A DNA stretch of 64,000 nucleotides from Antedon mediterranea. Lineage: Eukaryota; Animalia; Echinodermata. Position 1 is the stretch's first letter. The number at the start of each line of letters is the position of its first letter. The position numbers and the translations under genes were made by a program. The DNA lies in contig NC_092671.1 in the NCBI RefSeq assembly GCF_964355755.1, positions 35,226,304 to 35,290,303 on the forward strand. The letters run 5' to 3'. Positions 11,132 to 24,400 of the stretch are shown in pieces. The notes below the pieces were generated by a model, which searched no databases, was not told where the DNA came from, and saw only the letters and a program-made list of their open reading frames with translations.

Positions 11132-14100
11132 ATGCTAAAAGCAATTGTAGTTGTTGGTGGGATAGCTATCATTTTCCACCATATTATCACACTAGGGTAA
11201 GCGTTTGTGGATCGCCTTGTTTTGTTATGTAAAATGTGTTAAGCTAGCTAGCTTCACCTGTCCCATATCTTCCACTCACTCACAAGCAGTTCAGTCTTTT
11301 CGTAGGCCTAGATTTACTTAACTTCCGCCAACCATGGAGGTATTTATTTTATACCTCCATGCGCCAACTGTGCTCTGGGGTGCATATATGGTCCTCTAGG
11401 TTTGCTAATGAAATTAATAAAATGCAAAGAAATTAAGCTATTGAAATTTATAAATGTTTTATTATGGTTTTAATGTACATTTTCTGTCGCGTTGTACAAG
11501 CGGGGACTTCCCTTTGTTTGGGCTTTATAAAGCGGGAAATTCCCATTGTCTTTACATCAACAAGACGAAGGGAATTCCCCTTTTCGTGCGAGCTTATGCT
11601 TTTTCTTTAGTAGTAGGCCTAGACCATAACAACGTGTTGCAGTTAAACAATTGATAACAATCTTGGACTGCAGCCTACTATATTTTAATTAAGTTATATA
11701 CTGTACTACTGTACAGAGTACTAACCTTTGGGAAAAAATTTACAACCTTACGAACTTTGGGTAGTACGTATTTAGTATTAGGCCTTAAATTTGTAACAAT
11801 TTTTTTTTTAGTTTCATCATGGGCTATCACAAAAGCATTTACAACCACAGACCAGGATCATGTAGGGTGGTTCCTGGTATCGGTAAGTTTCATTCAATAA
11901 TGGAAAAAGGAAGTACTAAATGTAGGCCTAGGCCATATAAAGGTCAGTTGCTACCCTATAGTAAATATTTTATAGCATTACTAATGTTGATTAGTCATAG
12001 TAAATAGTGTATGCCTACATTACATTCCTGCTGGTGGTAACATATATAATAAATAACAGACTTTGGGCCCATCGTCTAGGCCTAACTATTATTAATTAGT
12101 ATTATACGGTACTAAATTACTTTTTATCATTTTTCCTTAACAGTAAATGGTTCAGAAGATATTTTTGTTTTACCAAATGGACTTGCACTTATTTCATCAG
12201 TGAGTTTTAATGATTTATTTTTCGTCTTGTACCATTTAATGAAAAAAAGTTACTTCTATATGATCCAGCAAGGCATAATCATAAGTGAATACGTTCTGGT
12301 GACGTAGCGGTGACGTTACGGTGACACGGTTAAAAGGAGCCATTGTGAAGTTTACCGCTTGGTGTTATCCAAGCGGGATGTGCGAGGGTCGGTTTTTTTA
12401 CGTTTTAGAATGTTATCGTAAATGTGCGATAGTTCATATGCTCCTTCATCTCTATTCATGTAGCTTATCATCATTACCAGATTTAAAAAAAATTACATTT
12501 TTGTACATTAAATTTTTTGTTTTGGAGGGAAAGATATTTCTGTTGTTTTTTTTTTTATTTTTAAGCGCTTTGACTTGATCTTATCTCTCCAGCAATTTCT
12601 TTATGTTGAAATAAAAAATTTAACTAAAAAAAAAATGCATTTCATACAACAATTTATATAATATTATGTTAATGGCAAATCCTCTCAAACTTTAAATTGG
12701 GATGCTGATAAAGAGGGATACAATATACTCTCAGTACTAGCATAACACAAAGGCCTGAGGCGGCTGGTTTAGAAACCCTACATGGCCCTACAACGCTGGA
12801 GGCCTCAGGCATTTTTACCCTTTTTCGACATATTTTAATTCTTTTTTTTTCTCTTGTCACTGCTCAGGGACCCCCATAAGCTCCATGGCCCATGGGTTTA
12901 GCCAGTGAGCAGTGATAGCCGTTACACCACTGAACATAGCATTTCAGAACAAATGTAGTTAATTTATTTACAGATATTCTTATTTTGTTGCTTTTATATT
13001 TTTAAAGAAAATTTAATTAACTTTTTTTTTTTTCAAAGGGAATGGACCATTTCCATATTAACCCAAATACAGATTTAATCATGCATGGTTTCAAAGGTCA
13101 AATATACTCGTTTGATTTTAACCAACCAGACAACCCTGCCAAGGTCGTTCCTATCGAGGGAGGCATTGATAAAACCAAGTTTAGACCTCATGGTATAGAT
13201 GTCTGGCATGATGAAAAAACTGGTAATTTGTTTATTTTAAAAGAAATGAATAACTCAATATATTTGTTTCTTTGTAACTCTTTGAAACTGTGACATTCTA
13301 GCTCAGGTATATGTATGAAATGCCATATATGCCAAAATGTGAAAGTGCTTTTTCAGCATAGCTGCTAAAATTATGCATTTAGCAGTAGTAAAAATATTCT
13401 ATTAAATATTATTTGAAGTAGGGAAATAATATAATAATAACAGAAATTTATATAGCGCCAATTCAAAAATTTATCAAAGGCACTGTGTGAGAATGAAGCT
13501 AGCAAGGTTAATAAATATTCTAAACAGGTGTGTCAAGTGGAGTAGATTTGGTGAGTTTTGAATAAGAGGGGCTTGAAAGGAAAAAACACATTGACTTTTT
13601 TTTTTGGTTTTGTGTTGAATGATAACTGAAGTTTTGATGAAGTTAAGCATTGTAATTCTCAAACCACGGCCCCCCCTTGTCAACTCCACCCATGTAAATG
13701 CCTGAAATGTTTCATTTTTTTTATTTTTCAAGGCCTTGTGCAATTGTTTGCAGTAAACCATGGCATAGAGGACACTATAGAAGTCTTTGATTTGGACCAA
13801 GATAGACTTGTACTCAAACACAAACAAACATACAGGCATAAGTTAATGATAAGGTATGACCTTTGACCTTTTGAAGATATTTTTCAAAGATCAAAACAGC
13901 CTAAAGCTCTGTCTACACTATAAAACACATCACATTTTTTTTTTTTTAATTTGATGTGGCCATATATGAATGTGTTGATGTTTGGGCACATCACACTTTT
14001 TTTGCCAAACTAGTTTTATAGTGTAGACAGAGGTTTAAAAAACATGCCCATAAAAACTGCCAACAACTTTGATTGTTACAAAAGTGTTTACATCACATGG

Positions 14101-16435
14101 TCTGTTTTATTAGAGACTTAGACATTTTGGTTCGGAGGACAATTTTTATCAAAATGCTCATAGCATAATTGTATTGTATACTTACTTATAATTAAGTGTT
14201 ATTTTGAATTTTATATATAGTATTAATGACATTGTGGCAACAAGCAAAAGTTCATTTTACTTTACGAATGATGCTCTAAATCGGGAAGGAATTAAAAGGA
14301 AAATAGAATCATTGTTGCTTTGTGCTTGGAGTACTGTGGTCTACTTTGATGGCAAAGATGCAAAGATAGTGCTTGATAAAGGCCTCATGTATAATGGCAT
14401 CAATACCTCACCAGATAAAAAGTAAGATTTGTAGTTATTACCTAAATGCAGCACTCTATACAACAGTTTTTACTATATACATGCACCTTGTATTGTAATT
14501 GACGGCATGTGATTGCTGGTCTATAGTTATTGCCATGCCCTCGAACTATAGACTGGCTAAACTGTGCATGTCTGTTTCCTATATCTTCTTCAATACAATT
14601 GCATCCACATGCGCATCCAAGCCTGCCTTACTGTTAAGCTGGCTAAAGCTCTGTTTACACTATCAAATTTTATGTGAAAAAAACGATGATGTTGCTGACA
14701 TATAAGGCCATCAACGGATGTGCTCCAGCCTACATATGTGACATCATTACTCCGTCAACAAACTCTACGCTTCGTTCATCCAGCAGACTTCTTCTTTAAC
14801 CTGGACCCCGTTCCAGAACTCGGTTTTACGGTGATCGTGCTTTTGCTGTCGCAGCCCCAAAACTCTGGAACACTCTACCCCTCGAAATACGCTCATCAAA
14901 ATCTGTAATCACATTTAAAACTAAACTCAAAACTCATCTCTTCAGAGAAGCATAATCACACGCTACTACTTGCACAGATCTTGGAAAACACAGCGCTTTG
15001 AAACCTTTGTCTCTTGCGCTTTATAAATGTTATTTATTATTATTTATTATGTCATCACTACCACATTTAGGAACTAGTTTGATAGTGTAGACAGAGCTTA
15101 AGACTAATTAAAAATTATTATTTTTATTTAAATAAATAAATTTAATCATTTTCTTGTATCTAATCAAATGTTATAATTTAATATAACTTTTTATAATTGA
15201 TGATCTATTAAATTACATTTTTTTTTGGATTTTTTAGATTAATTTATGTAAATCAATTAATTTCAAATACAATGTTAGTATACAAAAGAGAAGCAAGTAA
15301 CACACTGAGTTTTGTAAAGGTAAGTTTAAGCTGATACATGGGCAAATGTGGTGGGGACGGGGTTGAAGAAGTTTTGGTTTAATTTATAATGTTTATGTTC
15401 ATAATTATTTTATTTATTCAGGCAAAAGAAACATTTACAAAATATGATACAAATTAACAAATTAAACAAGGAGAAAATATAAAATCCTAGTCACTATCTG
15501 CCAGGAAAGCACAAAAACAACCTAAGCTACTGTCACCAATTAGGTGTTATTGGTAACGTTTTTTTAGTTTCAAAGGTACATTAATATACTTTATATTTTC
15601 AGTCAATACATATGAAGAGCATGTGTGATAATATATTTGTAGATGAATCTGGTGATATTTGGCACGGTTGCCACCCCATAGGTCACAAATTCCATTCACA
15701 TGCACAAGATTTTAGCCTTCCTACTCCTTCACAGGTAAGCTGAACATTTCCAAATTAAAAAATTAGGACATTATTTTACGATTGTTTACCATTTTTCTGT
15801 TTAGAAGAAATTTGCTTGAGTTTGTTGGCTTGTGTAGACTTCTGCAAACTTGTTTTTTGCAGTTTACCAACATTTTTCAACTGGTCCTCTGGTAAACTGG
15901 GCTATTCCTTCCTTCTCCCCTCCCCCTCTGAAAACAGAAGCTACATTTTGCATACTAAAATAATCATAATGCACTTGTCAATTGTATGACCCACTATAAG
16001 ACCACTGGGAGAGGTGTGTTATTTGTCCGATGTGTGTCATACCTTATGAATACCATGAGGCACCTGTGCATCAATAATATGACTTACCTGTAGGTGACCA
16101 CCCATTTTGACACACTGTGACCATGTTTATGATATGGTGGGTGGTAAGGGGACGACACACCATTGTCAATAATTATTTGTAAATGACGCACCTCTTGTGT
16201 GGTCATATAGTAGGTCATACAATTGACAAGTGCATAATTTACATATATATTTTTTTTTTTCCCTTAGGTGATTCATGTATCCACAAAATCAGGGCAAAAA
16301 TATGCAATACGTGAGGTACTCAGTGATGACGGCGGTTTAGTGAAAGGATCATCTGTAGCGGCATATTACAAAGGAGCTATGTTGGTTGGCACGGTGATGG
16401 ACAAAATGGCATACTGCCAAGTGCAAGCTTTTTGA
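11132..16435 (+). CDS. PON: Paraoxonase/arylesterase (PON family) copy C, complete, 9 exons, 359 aa
   Basis: Exons 11132-11196, 11812-11882, 12144-12199, 13039-13222, 13733-13853, 14221-14421, 15238-15319, 15603-15734 and 16268-16435 (1080 nt, all GT-AG). Intron phases are the same as in copy B. Translation MLKAIVVVGGIAIIF...GSEDIFVLPNGLALISSG...FRPHG...FAVNH...SIND...YNGIN...MCDNIFVD...GCHP...AYCQVQAF*. Confidence 0.94.
11326..11368. mobile_element. 29-bp palindromic insertion with 7-bp TSD (P-superfamily-like footprint)
   Basis: CGCCAAC | CATGGAGGTAT TTATTTT ATACCTCCATG | CGCCAAC. Confidence 0.7.
11502..11580. promoter_or_regulatory. Cluster of three consensus NF-kB/Rel sites in PON-C intron 1
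   Basis: GGGACTTCCC (11503), GGGAAATTCC (11534) and GGGAATTCCC (11570) all fit GGGRNWYYCC; function is inferred. Confidence 0.55.
14647..15098. mobile_element. AGCTCTGTCTACAC-family MITE interrupted by a LINE fragment
   Basis: Left TIR at 14647, right TIR ending at 15098, TAA on both flanks; about 360 bp of foreign sequence in the middle. Confidence 0.8.
14692..15050 (+). mobile_element. 5'-truncated L2/CR1-group LINE 3' end
   Basis: Translates LLTYKAINGCAPAYICDII...FYGDRAFAVAAPKLWNTLPLEIRSSKSVITFKTKLKTHLF, typical of an L2-clade ORF2 C-terminus (one internal stop), followed by a (TTA)n-like tail. Confidence 0.85.
15970..16234. mobile_element. PIF/Harbinger-type MITE, TAA TSD
   Basis: TAA|TGCACTTGTCAATTGTATGACC-ACTATA ... 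TATAGTAGGTCATACAATTGACAAGTGCA|TAA. Confidence 0.8.
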
Positions 16436-17149
16436 TTGGTTAATCTATTTTGGAATTGTTTTTAATACGTTAATGTACTTTGAAATTGTGTTTGTGGGGG
16501 CGGATCCAAAATATTTTAAATTCAGTATTTAAAGTCATGTATTCATTCTGAATGTAATTGAATGAGATATTAGGTCTAACGCTCTTTCTACACTTTTATT
16601 TATTTGACAAAATGTGATGTGCCCATGATGATGATGTCATATCACTATCATGTTTTGGCATATCACTACCACTAAAAAAAAGTAGTTTATAGTTTTATTT
16701 AGCTGTCAAAAGGAGGAAGTACGCACCCCTAGCGATATTGTTTGATCTGTTTTACTGATTGCATTAAGACTGTTGATGCTGTTATATTTTTATACTCTCT
16801 AATTTTGATTGAATTCATATTCTGTGCAATTTTTTTTCTGTACTGTATAAGGCAGACTTGCCTGCATGCCCCAAGTCTGTAGGTATTTCGAGGCTTTTCG
16901 ATGTTTGTCTGAAATACAAGCATACATATGAAATGCCATATGTGCCAAAATATTTATCTTTTTTCTAATATAAGTCAAAACGCCATCTGGAACCCAGACT
17001 ATGTTTACGGTTGTTTAAAGCATTTTATCATAGAAAAAGTTCACTACAAAATATTTATCAGAATGCCTCGCAAAATAATTCTGATTACTAAAAAATGAAC
17101 AAGTAACGTATTAAAAAGATAATTATTAATTTTTTTTTAAATAGACTAT

Positions 17150-17780
17150 TTTAATATCACATAAAAACTGGAGTTTTTTCCAAAAATGACCAAATTTCGA
17201 CCCTTTTATTTTTCGACAAAACTGGTTACTCTATAAGATGATGGTAACGCAATATATAGCAATATTATCGTATAATAACTCGATATTTTGACCATTTAAA
17301 AAAAAATCAAAAACACTTTAAAAGGTGATGGTAACGTTATATATGTGCATATATAGCAATATTATCGCATGATAACTGATGTTTAAAAAGTCGATGTTTT
17401 GGTCATTTTGAAAAATTTTTTCCAAAAATGGCCAAATTTTGATCCTTATATATATATATATATATATATAGCAATATTGAATAGTACAGGAATTTTTTTT
17501 TAATTTTCAATTTCAAATTTCAACCCTTTTCTTTTTCAACAAAACTGGTTACAAACACTCTAAAAGATGATGGTATGCGCATATACAGGCCAAAAATCCC
17601 TGCACTATAGTACAGGGATTTTTTACAAAATAACCAAATTTCGAACCTTTTATTTTTCGCATAACTGGTTTCTATGGCACTACAAGATGATAATGCAGTA
17701 TATAACCATATATAGCAATATTATTGCATAATAATTGAATTTCAAAAAATCCCTGGATTTTTTTCAAAAATGGCAAAATC
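17150..17780. repeat. Degenerate roughly 200-bp tandem repeat between PON-C and the NELL 3' end
   Basis: Recurring blocks CAAAAATGACCAAATTTCGACCCTTT, AACTGGTTAC and ATATAGCAATATTATCG, with an embedded (TA)n. Confidence 0.6.
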
Positions 17781-19391
17781 ATAGTAACCAGCAGTAATTA
17801 AAATAATTATTTCCACCTCTAGCCTGGACGTAGGTCAGCGATATAAACAATTGCCAGGCTAATTCTGTTGTTTAAACCAACGATTCCACTTTTTTTTTTA
17901 AAGATGAAATAGTATTTTTAATCAAATGCCACAAGATCCACATTTGACTAATCAAATGACAAGAATATATTTAGGTGTGTTATAATATTGTTTATTAAAC
18001 CTTTCTACACAAAATTTTTTTCCACAAGTTTTTTTTCACGCCAGTTTTAGCAGCACATTCCTTTGTCTAATTCGGGTCTTAGAGTAAACAATACTTAATT
18101 TGTTAAACTTTTCTAAGACTTTTCTCACGAGTTCAAACATATGACTTATGGTATTTTCATATAAATACACTTAACATGACAAACGCACGAAAATTGTCAC
18201 TCAGTGTATTATTCTATTTATATATATCTGTACATTTGATCTACGTAAATATTTAATTATTATTTAATATAGAAAAAATGTTTAAAAGCTCTGATTATGA
18301 CTACATGGACTTAAAAAGAACTGGTAGAAAATAATAAATGCTCTTAAAACAGGAACGAAAGTATTTCCAATGATAAAGAAAACCTTTCATTCTTTTGATA
18401 GTCCTACCGGAATATTTTTATTCCAATACGGAGACAAAAAATATTAAGCAAAAAGGTTACAAGCCAAACCAATCCACCTGATTGTCAGTAAATAATCCAC
18501 TGTACAATATGACAATATTCTATGATACATCTTACTATGGCACTTGTGAATACTGTCCATGCAGACCTTAAATTGCAGGGGAACAGTGCGGTGGTGTTTG
18601 AATAATCTTCGTTGTTTTTTATTTTATTGTCATTAACTGGTTGTCTTTGGTTAGCCTATTTCCTGTTCAGATTCAAGATAATTTTTAATAATTAACCAAC
18701 ACTCAAACTGCTCTAATCTTTACGAAATAGTGCTATATAAATGTCGCATATATATATATATATATATCCTGATGTGTTTATATTAAGTTAAATGTGGACA
18801 AAATGTGAGTTACATGTTGTTACACATATTTCTATTAATTTAAATGGAAAGTTAGGTTTAGTAAACGTTTCATAGAATTTGTATGCAATACCGAATTAAT
18901 TGTAGAAAAGCAATTGGTCTTTTTATCACTTTCGTAACTATCAATTTTGGAATTTGGCACTGTCGTATAATGTTTACTATCATTTGTAGATGATTTTAAT
19001 GCTCTAATGCTTCTTATCAATGCATCATTTATTATCTTTTATTATCAAAACTGGACTACATGGTTCTCTGCTAGAATTACATAATTACAAAATACTTATT
19101 TTAACATTTAACATACATGGTAAAGAAACATGAGATACAATAATAATCATATTACCTTAAAACAAATCTTTTAAAATTCACACCAAATATCATTTTGAAA
19201 GAACAAAACTGGTATTATAAATGTACATATTTATCTATTTGATTTACATTAGGGAAAAATACATTTCATTAGTAATTTCTTTTCCTGAGGATACTAAAAA
19301 ATATAGGATCCTTCGATCTGAATGACGTATACAGCCGGCTGCAACTTCTCCATCATTGTTGACCCTTGCCTCATCATTCTCTGTATTTTTC

Positions 19392-21387
19392 TTATGGAGC
19401 ACATGCACTACTGTACATACAGCACACGTTTCCATCCTAAAAAAAAAAATTAAACTTGTTAATTTAAATTCAAAGTTTGATGTTTCATGTTTTATATAGC
19501 ATTTAAATCGCAAAACGTGTCCATCTATGGAGAGCTTCTCTCCAATGTGGCTGAAATAAACCAGAGACCTCAAACACGCCAATATCACTAAGATGCACAT
19601 TAATTCTTTGGGGCACCGGGGAGCTGAGAGGCGAGAGAGTGTGATCATTGCGCACATATTCTAAAACGATAATTGTATACAAATTTTAAGAATTTGTTCA
19701 TATAAAGTATTGTTTCTTTTGCCATTCTCGATATAGTTCTAATCTAAAAAATATATATAAATTTAAACTAAATATTTGTCTTGTATTTTTTTATATGTTT
19801 CTTCACAAAATAGTATCAATAATTATTAATCTGTTTAAAAATTGTAGATCAAGCCCGGCGGCCATCTTGTAGAGAACTTATCCATAAGATCCACCTTCAT
19901 TGGCACACAGTGCACCCTCTAGCCTCGGCTTAATATCACCACTCTGGGGTCAATGGGGTCAATACATCTTTAAAAAACACAAAAATAAAAGAAGACACAC
20001 ACTAACCAGGCAGACACACTCTGAGCAGCGATCATTATCCATAAACCAGCGTTCTTTGTGTTCAAAAGTCTCAACTCCTTGTTGGCAGCTGGCCGTGCCA
20101 TCGGTCTTGCTACTCAAAGACGAACACTCATCATGTTCTTGACATTGAGGGCAGCATTGTCCGAACGGTGTGTATGTATTCTCGCAGTTTATACGTGGGC
20201 AACTCTTAGCAGAGCATGTTATTGTGCTGTTCTGTAAATTAGAAATTTAAACTTTATGAAACACAGACAAGCGGTAATGGCAAAAAAATATAGAATCTAT
20301 GTTATTTCTTAAGACCATTTACACAAAATACGGATGTGGATGGGCAGTTTTTCCGCTCAGGATAGATACAGATTCTAAGTGGGACAAGATAGGCCGTTTT
20401 CCACTTACCATTAGCGCTTGATCTGTATAAATTGGACCTAACAAGAAGAACCACTGTTTCAGATAAACTAAAACAGTAGTAGGGCATTAGGTAACTAAAA
20501 ATAAAGAAATGAAACACATATCGAGAATTTAAAAAGGATAAAATTGATCGAAATGTGTATTTTATCTCTTTCATATTACGTAAAACACTAAACATTGAAA
20601 AAAATATTCCCCCATAAACTCATAAATACTTTGTAGATATGGACGTAAAATAAAAGTAGTTTTTTAATATTAAAAAAAAAATTGCACCATGCATGTTAAT
20701 GTCATACTTGTCAAGGGAAATGAAAAGATGTTTTTAAGATGAATTTAATTAAAGAAATATTTGCCTCAGAGAAGATGAAAAGGTTAATTATATCTGATAT
20801 TCAACAATAAAGTATAAATACTGAATGTCATACCCACACAAGCAAATTAATTTTTACACATTTTATAATTCTATTATTATTATGTATGACTATTTCTAAA
20901 TTGTATTTATTTATTTTCAGTTACATTTGACAACGGGAAACTGTCATGACACTAATAGAATGGATGAAAAATAATTATGTTATATCTAAGAGAAATTTCC
21001 CATACTGAAGCTAGCTGATTATAGGTACTGCATCTATAATTTGTACAGTATCATAGGCAAATTCTGTGATACAGCATCACATATGTATCACATGTGATAG
21101 ATATGTGAGTTTGCCTATGTGGACATAATGGTATAGAGATATATTAGATACTCTGTGAGTACACTTACCGAACATCTGCACTTCTGGCAGGCATACTGCC
21201 AGGTATCGTCATGTTCATAGATTATTCCAAGCTCCTGGTGGAGACATCTGCCGTTGGCGGCACACTCTGGACAGCAATTGAGGTCCACTTTATTGCTACT
21301 ACAATCACATATGATCTTGGAACAACTGGTTACACCGTTCTAAAGAAAGAGACAATTAAAAATGTATTACAGTGAAAATACTGAAAA

Positions 21388-21419
<32 letters not shown>

Positions 21420-24400
21420 ACCGAGTAATGTAATTTATATTGTTGAAATGAAATACAGGAAATAAATAAAATTTGAAGAAAAAAAAATAAATAATTGTAG
21501 CAAAAAATTAAAAATAATTGTTTTTCTTTCATCATACTTTCTAAAAATATGAATATTTGTATACTTTATCAATTTATCTTTAAAGAAGAATTATTCCTTG
21601 TTAAATGTTCAATAATTTCTATAAACAAGTTACAGTGTATTATATTGCATGTGTAATGATAGCTTAAACAAGTTGGAAATTGTAGGTATTTAAAGCGCTG
21701 TCTACACATATGGTAGTGACATCATCATGTCCATATATGGGCACAGCCCATTTTTTTGTCACATAAAGTTTGATAGTGTAGACAGAACTTAGACATCACT
21801 GACGTCACTAATTTTATGGTGATGGACTGTATAAACAAATTACTTACATCGCAAAGACAGGAGTGACATGCGTCTGGAGTCCAACTGGCTTGATCTTTGA
21901 ACTGTTGACCTCCGTAGTGACATTTGCGGCTGCACGAATCTGAGGTGGCGCACTGGCATGAATAGCTCCCTTGTTCATTGTCACAGGTCGTGTCAGATGG
22001 GCATGAGTGTACGTTATCCTTGCATTCGTTAATATCTTTAAATGGAGAGATCAAAGTTCATATTTGCGGTTTATTTTAATAAAAATATCCTGTAGTATAA
22101 ATGGACAAACTCATTTTCAATGGATTCCTTTTGGTGACAAATAACACTGAATTGAATGGGTTTTTAACTGGTTATTTTGAGCTGCCTTTTAACCGGTTAC
22201 CATAAATTTGTCTTGTTTCCGCTCCAAAAAAATTTAATCACACCGTTTTTATGCAGCAGAAACAGGACCTTACTTGATACTGGATGTGATTGGAAAAAAA
22301 TGAAAACAATATTTTAAAAAAACCCCAAAAAACAGTTTTGACCCCTGACCTTCACATTGTTTCCCCTTGTTGTTGTCTGTCGATGGACTGGTGTAGCCCT
22401 GTTTGCAATGACAATAGTAGCTTCCAGGCAGGTTGACACAAAAAGACTTGCTAGTTCTACAGCCATGGTTTCCTTGGCATTCATCAATGTCTGAAGAAAA
22501 TAACATACGTTTGATTAAATTAGCAATTCATATAGGCTTTTCCAACAACTATTTAGAGTTAATGAGAGTGGACATATAATTATAATAACAAAAGATGATA
22601 AATAAGAAGAGTTAGGTTTGGATATATTGATTAAATAATATAAATTATATTTTCCCCCTAAAAATACATTTTTTTAATATGGCATTTTAATGTCATAATA
22701 GTTATTCACCAAAATTTAAACCAAAAATACTGTTTCTCAGACATGGTTTTTGGTTAAAATTAAACATTTCTTTTGTATTTTTATAAGTGAAATAATTATT
22801 TGTTTTGTTTTTTTTTTTACAAAAGTTAAAAATGTTATTCAAACTGCAAAATATACTGAATTTAATAATATTTCAGAGTAAATGAATGTTATTTTCTTAT
22901 TCTACTGCTATTGTTTTTCTAATAATAGCTGAACACATACCTGTCTGGCATTGATCGCCAGTGTAGCCATCAGGACAAGTACATACACCAGGTGAATTAC
23001 ATCTACCGCCGTTTAAACAACTTGGAGAGCACACAGCTGAAATGAGATCATCCTTTATTAGAGTGACTGACTACAGTAATTGGATGATCTAAAGCTCTGT
23101 GTACACTATCAAACTTTATGTGACAACAAATGTAATGTGCCCATATATGGACATGATGAGGTCATATCACTACCATATCACACTTGTTTTGTCAAACTAG
23201 TTTACTATAGACAGATGTTATTGTACTGACACCTCCATTTTTTTTAATTATTTAAATCATAAAATGTCAAGATTAAAATAATATTTATAGGAACAAAATG
23301 TGATGGTGAAAATATTAAAATATTGAATACTGAATACTGAAATGCTTTATTTGTCCATCAACATCATAAAATAACAACAGAAATTCTTCTTGAAGATTGA
23401 CAATTATAGTACAAAAATAAATAGATATACAATATAATATATTATGTACACACACATAATTGCACAAAAAATATAAGTTATGATACACGGTGTAAAAATG
23501 ACTAGGTATTAAAATTGAATAGGATTCAGGAGATTAAAATAGTTTAAAACAGCTTTAAAAGGATTAAAAACAGCTTTAAAAGGATTAAAAACAGCTTTAA
23601 AAGGATTAAAAACAGCTTTAAAAGGATTAAAAACAGCTTAAAAAGAATTAAAAACAGCTTTAAAAGGATCGAACCATTAGAATGTTCATAAAACCTTTAC
23701 AATTTATAAATTGCTAAAATTTCAAATAGGCTAAAAATGTTAAAAACGTTTACAAATATTAAAAATATAAAAACATTTATAAATTGAAAAAATTTACGTT
23801 TTAAAAGTTTCATTGTTAACATAGTCTTGTATTACATAACATTTTATCGATGGTGGAATAGCATTTGCAACAAAGGCATATCTTGATCTGTTTGTCTTAG
23901 TTATTGGAACATGTATTCTACCATTGCGTTTGATAATAAAGTATTTGCTAAGGGGATGATCAACATCCTTAATTATTTTATGAGCTGCCTTCACTATCCA
24001 ATCTATGAATATCATTATGGTGGTGTGCATATTGTTTGGAGTATATTATGATTTGTTTATGTATTTAAATATTTGATTCATAATTTATTTCCCATTGTGG
24101 GTATGTTACCTTCACTCCATGTATCTCATGAATAGGGGTGTCCCATGGGAGAGGTTCTACTAGTGTTAGCCTAGTAGTATGCAATCCTTTTCAAACCACA
24201 TATTAATTGCTATGATCCTTATTTGTAATAATACTGTTCCTAAAGCGTATTTAAATCCATACATCACACTTAAGTGGCAAATCAAGATATCGGTAATCTT
24301 AGGCAAGCTTCTGATCTGTGTTATTCCATCTGCTCCTAACAGGGATTACACAACTGTTGGAATCCTGAAGTCGCGATTCAGACATGCACGACCTACATTT

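Noticed and set aside
10879-11232. 117-aa plus-strand ORF upstream of PON-C
   Set aside because: No recognisable domain; it overlaps PON-C exon 1 (ATG 11132) in a different frame.
19244-19657. 137-aa minus-strand ORF as the NELL last exon
   Set aside because: The real terminal exon (19436-19392) is in another frame and gives the conserved GxxCC ending; this ORF is intron plus UTR.
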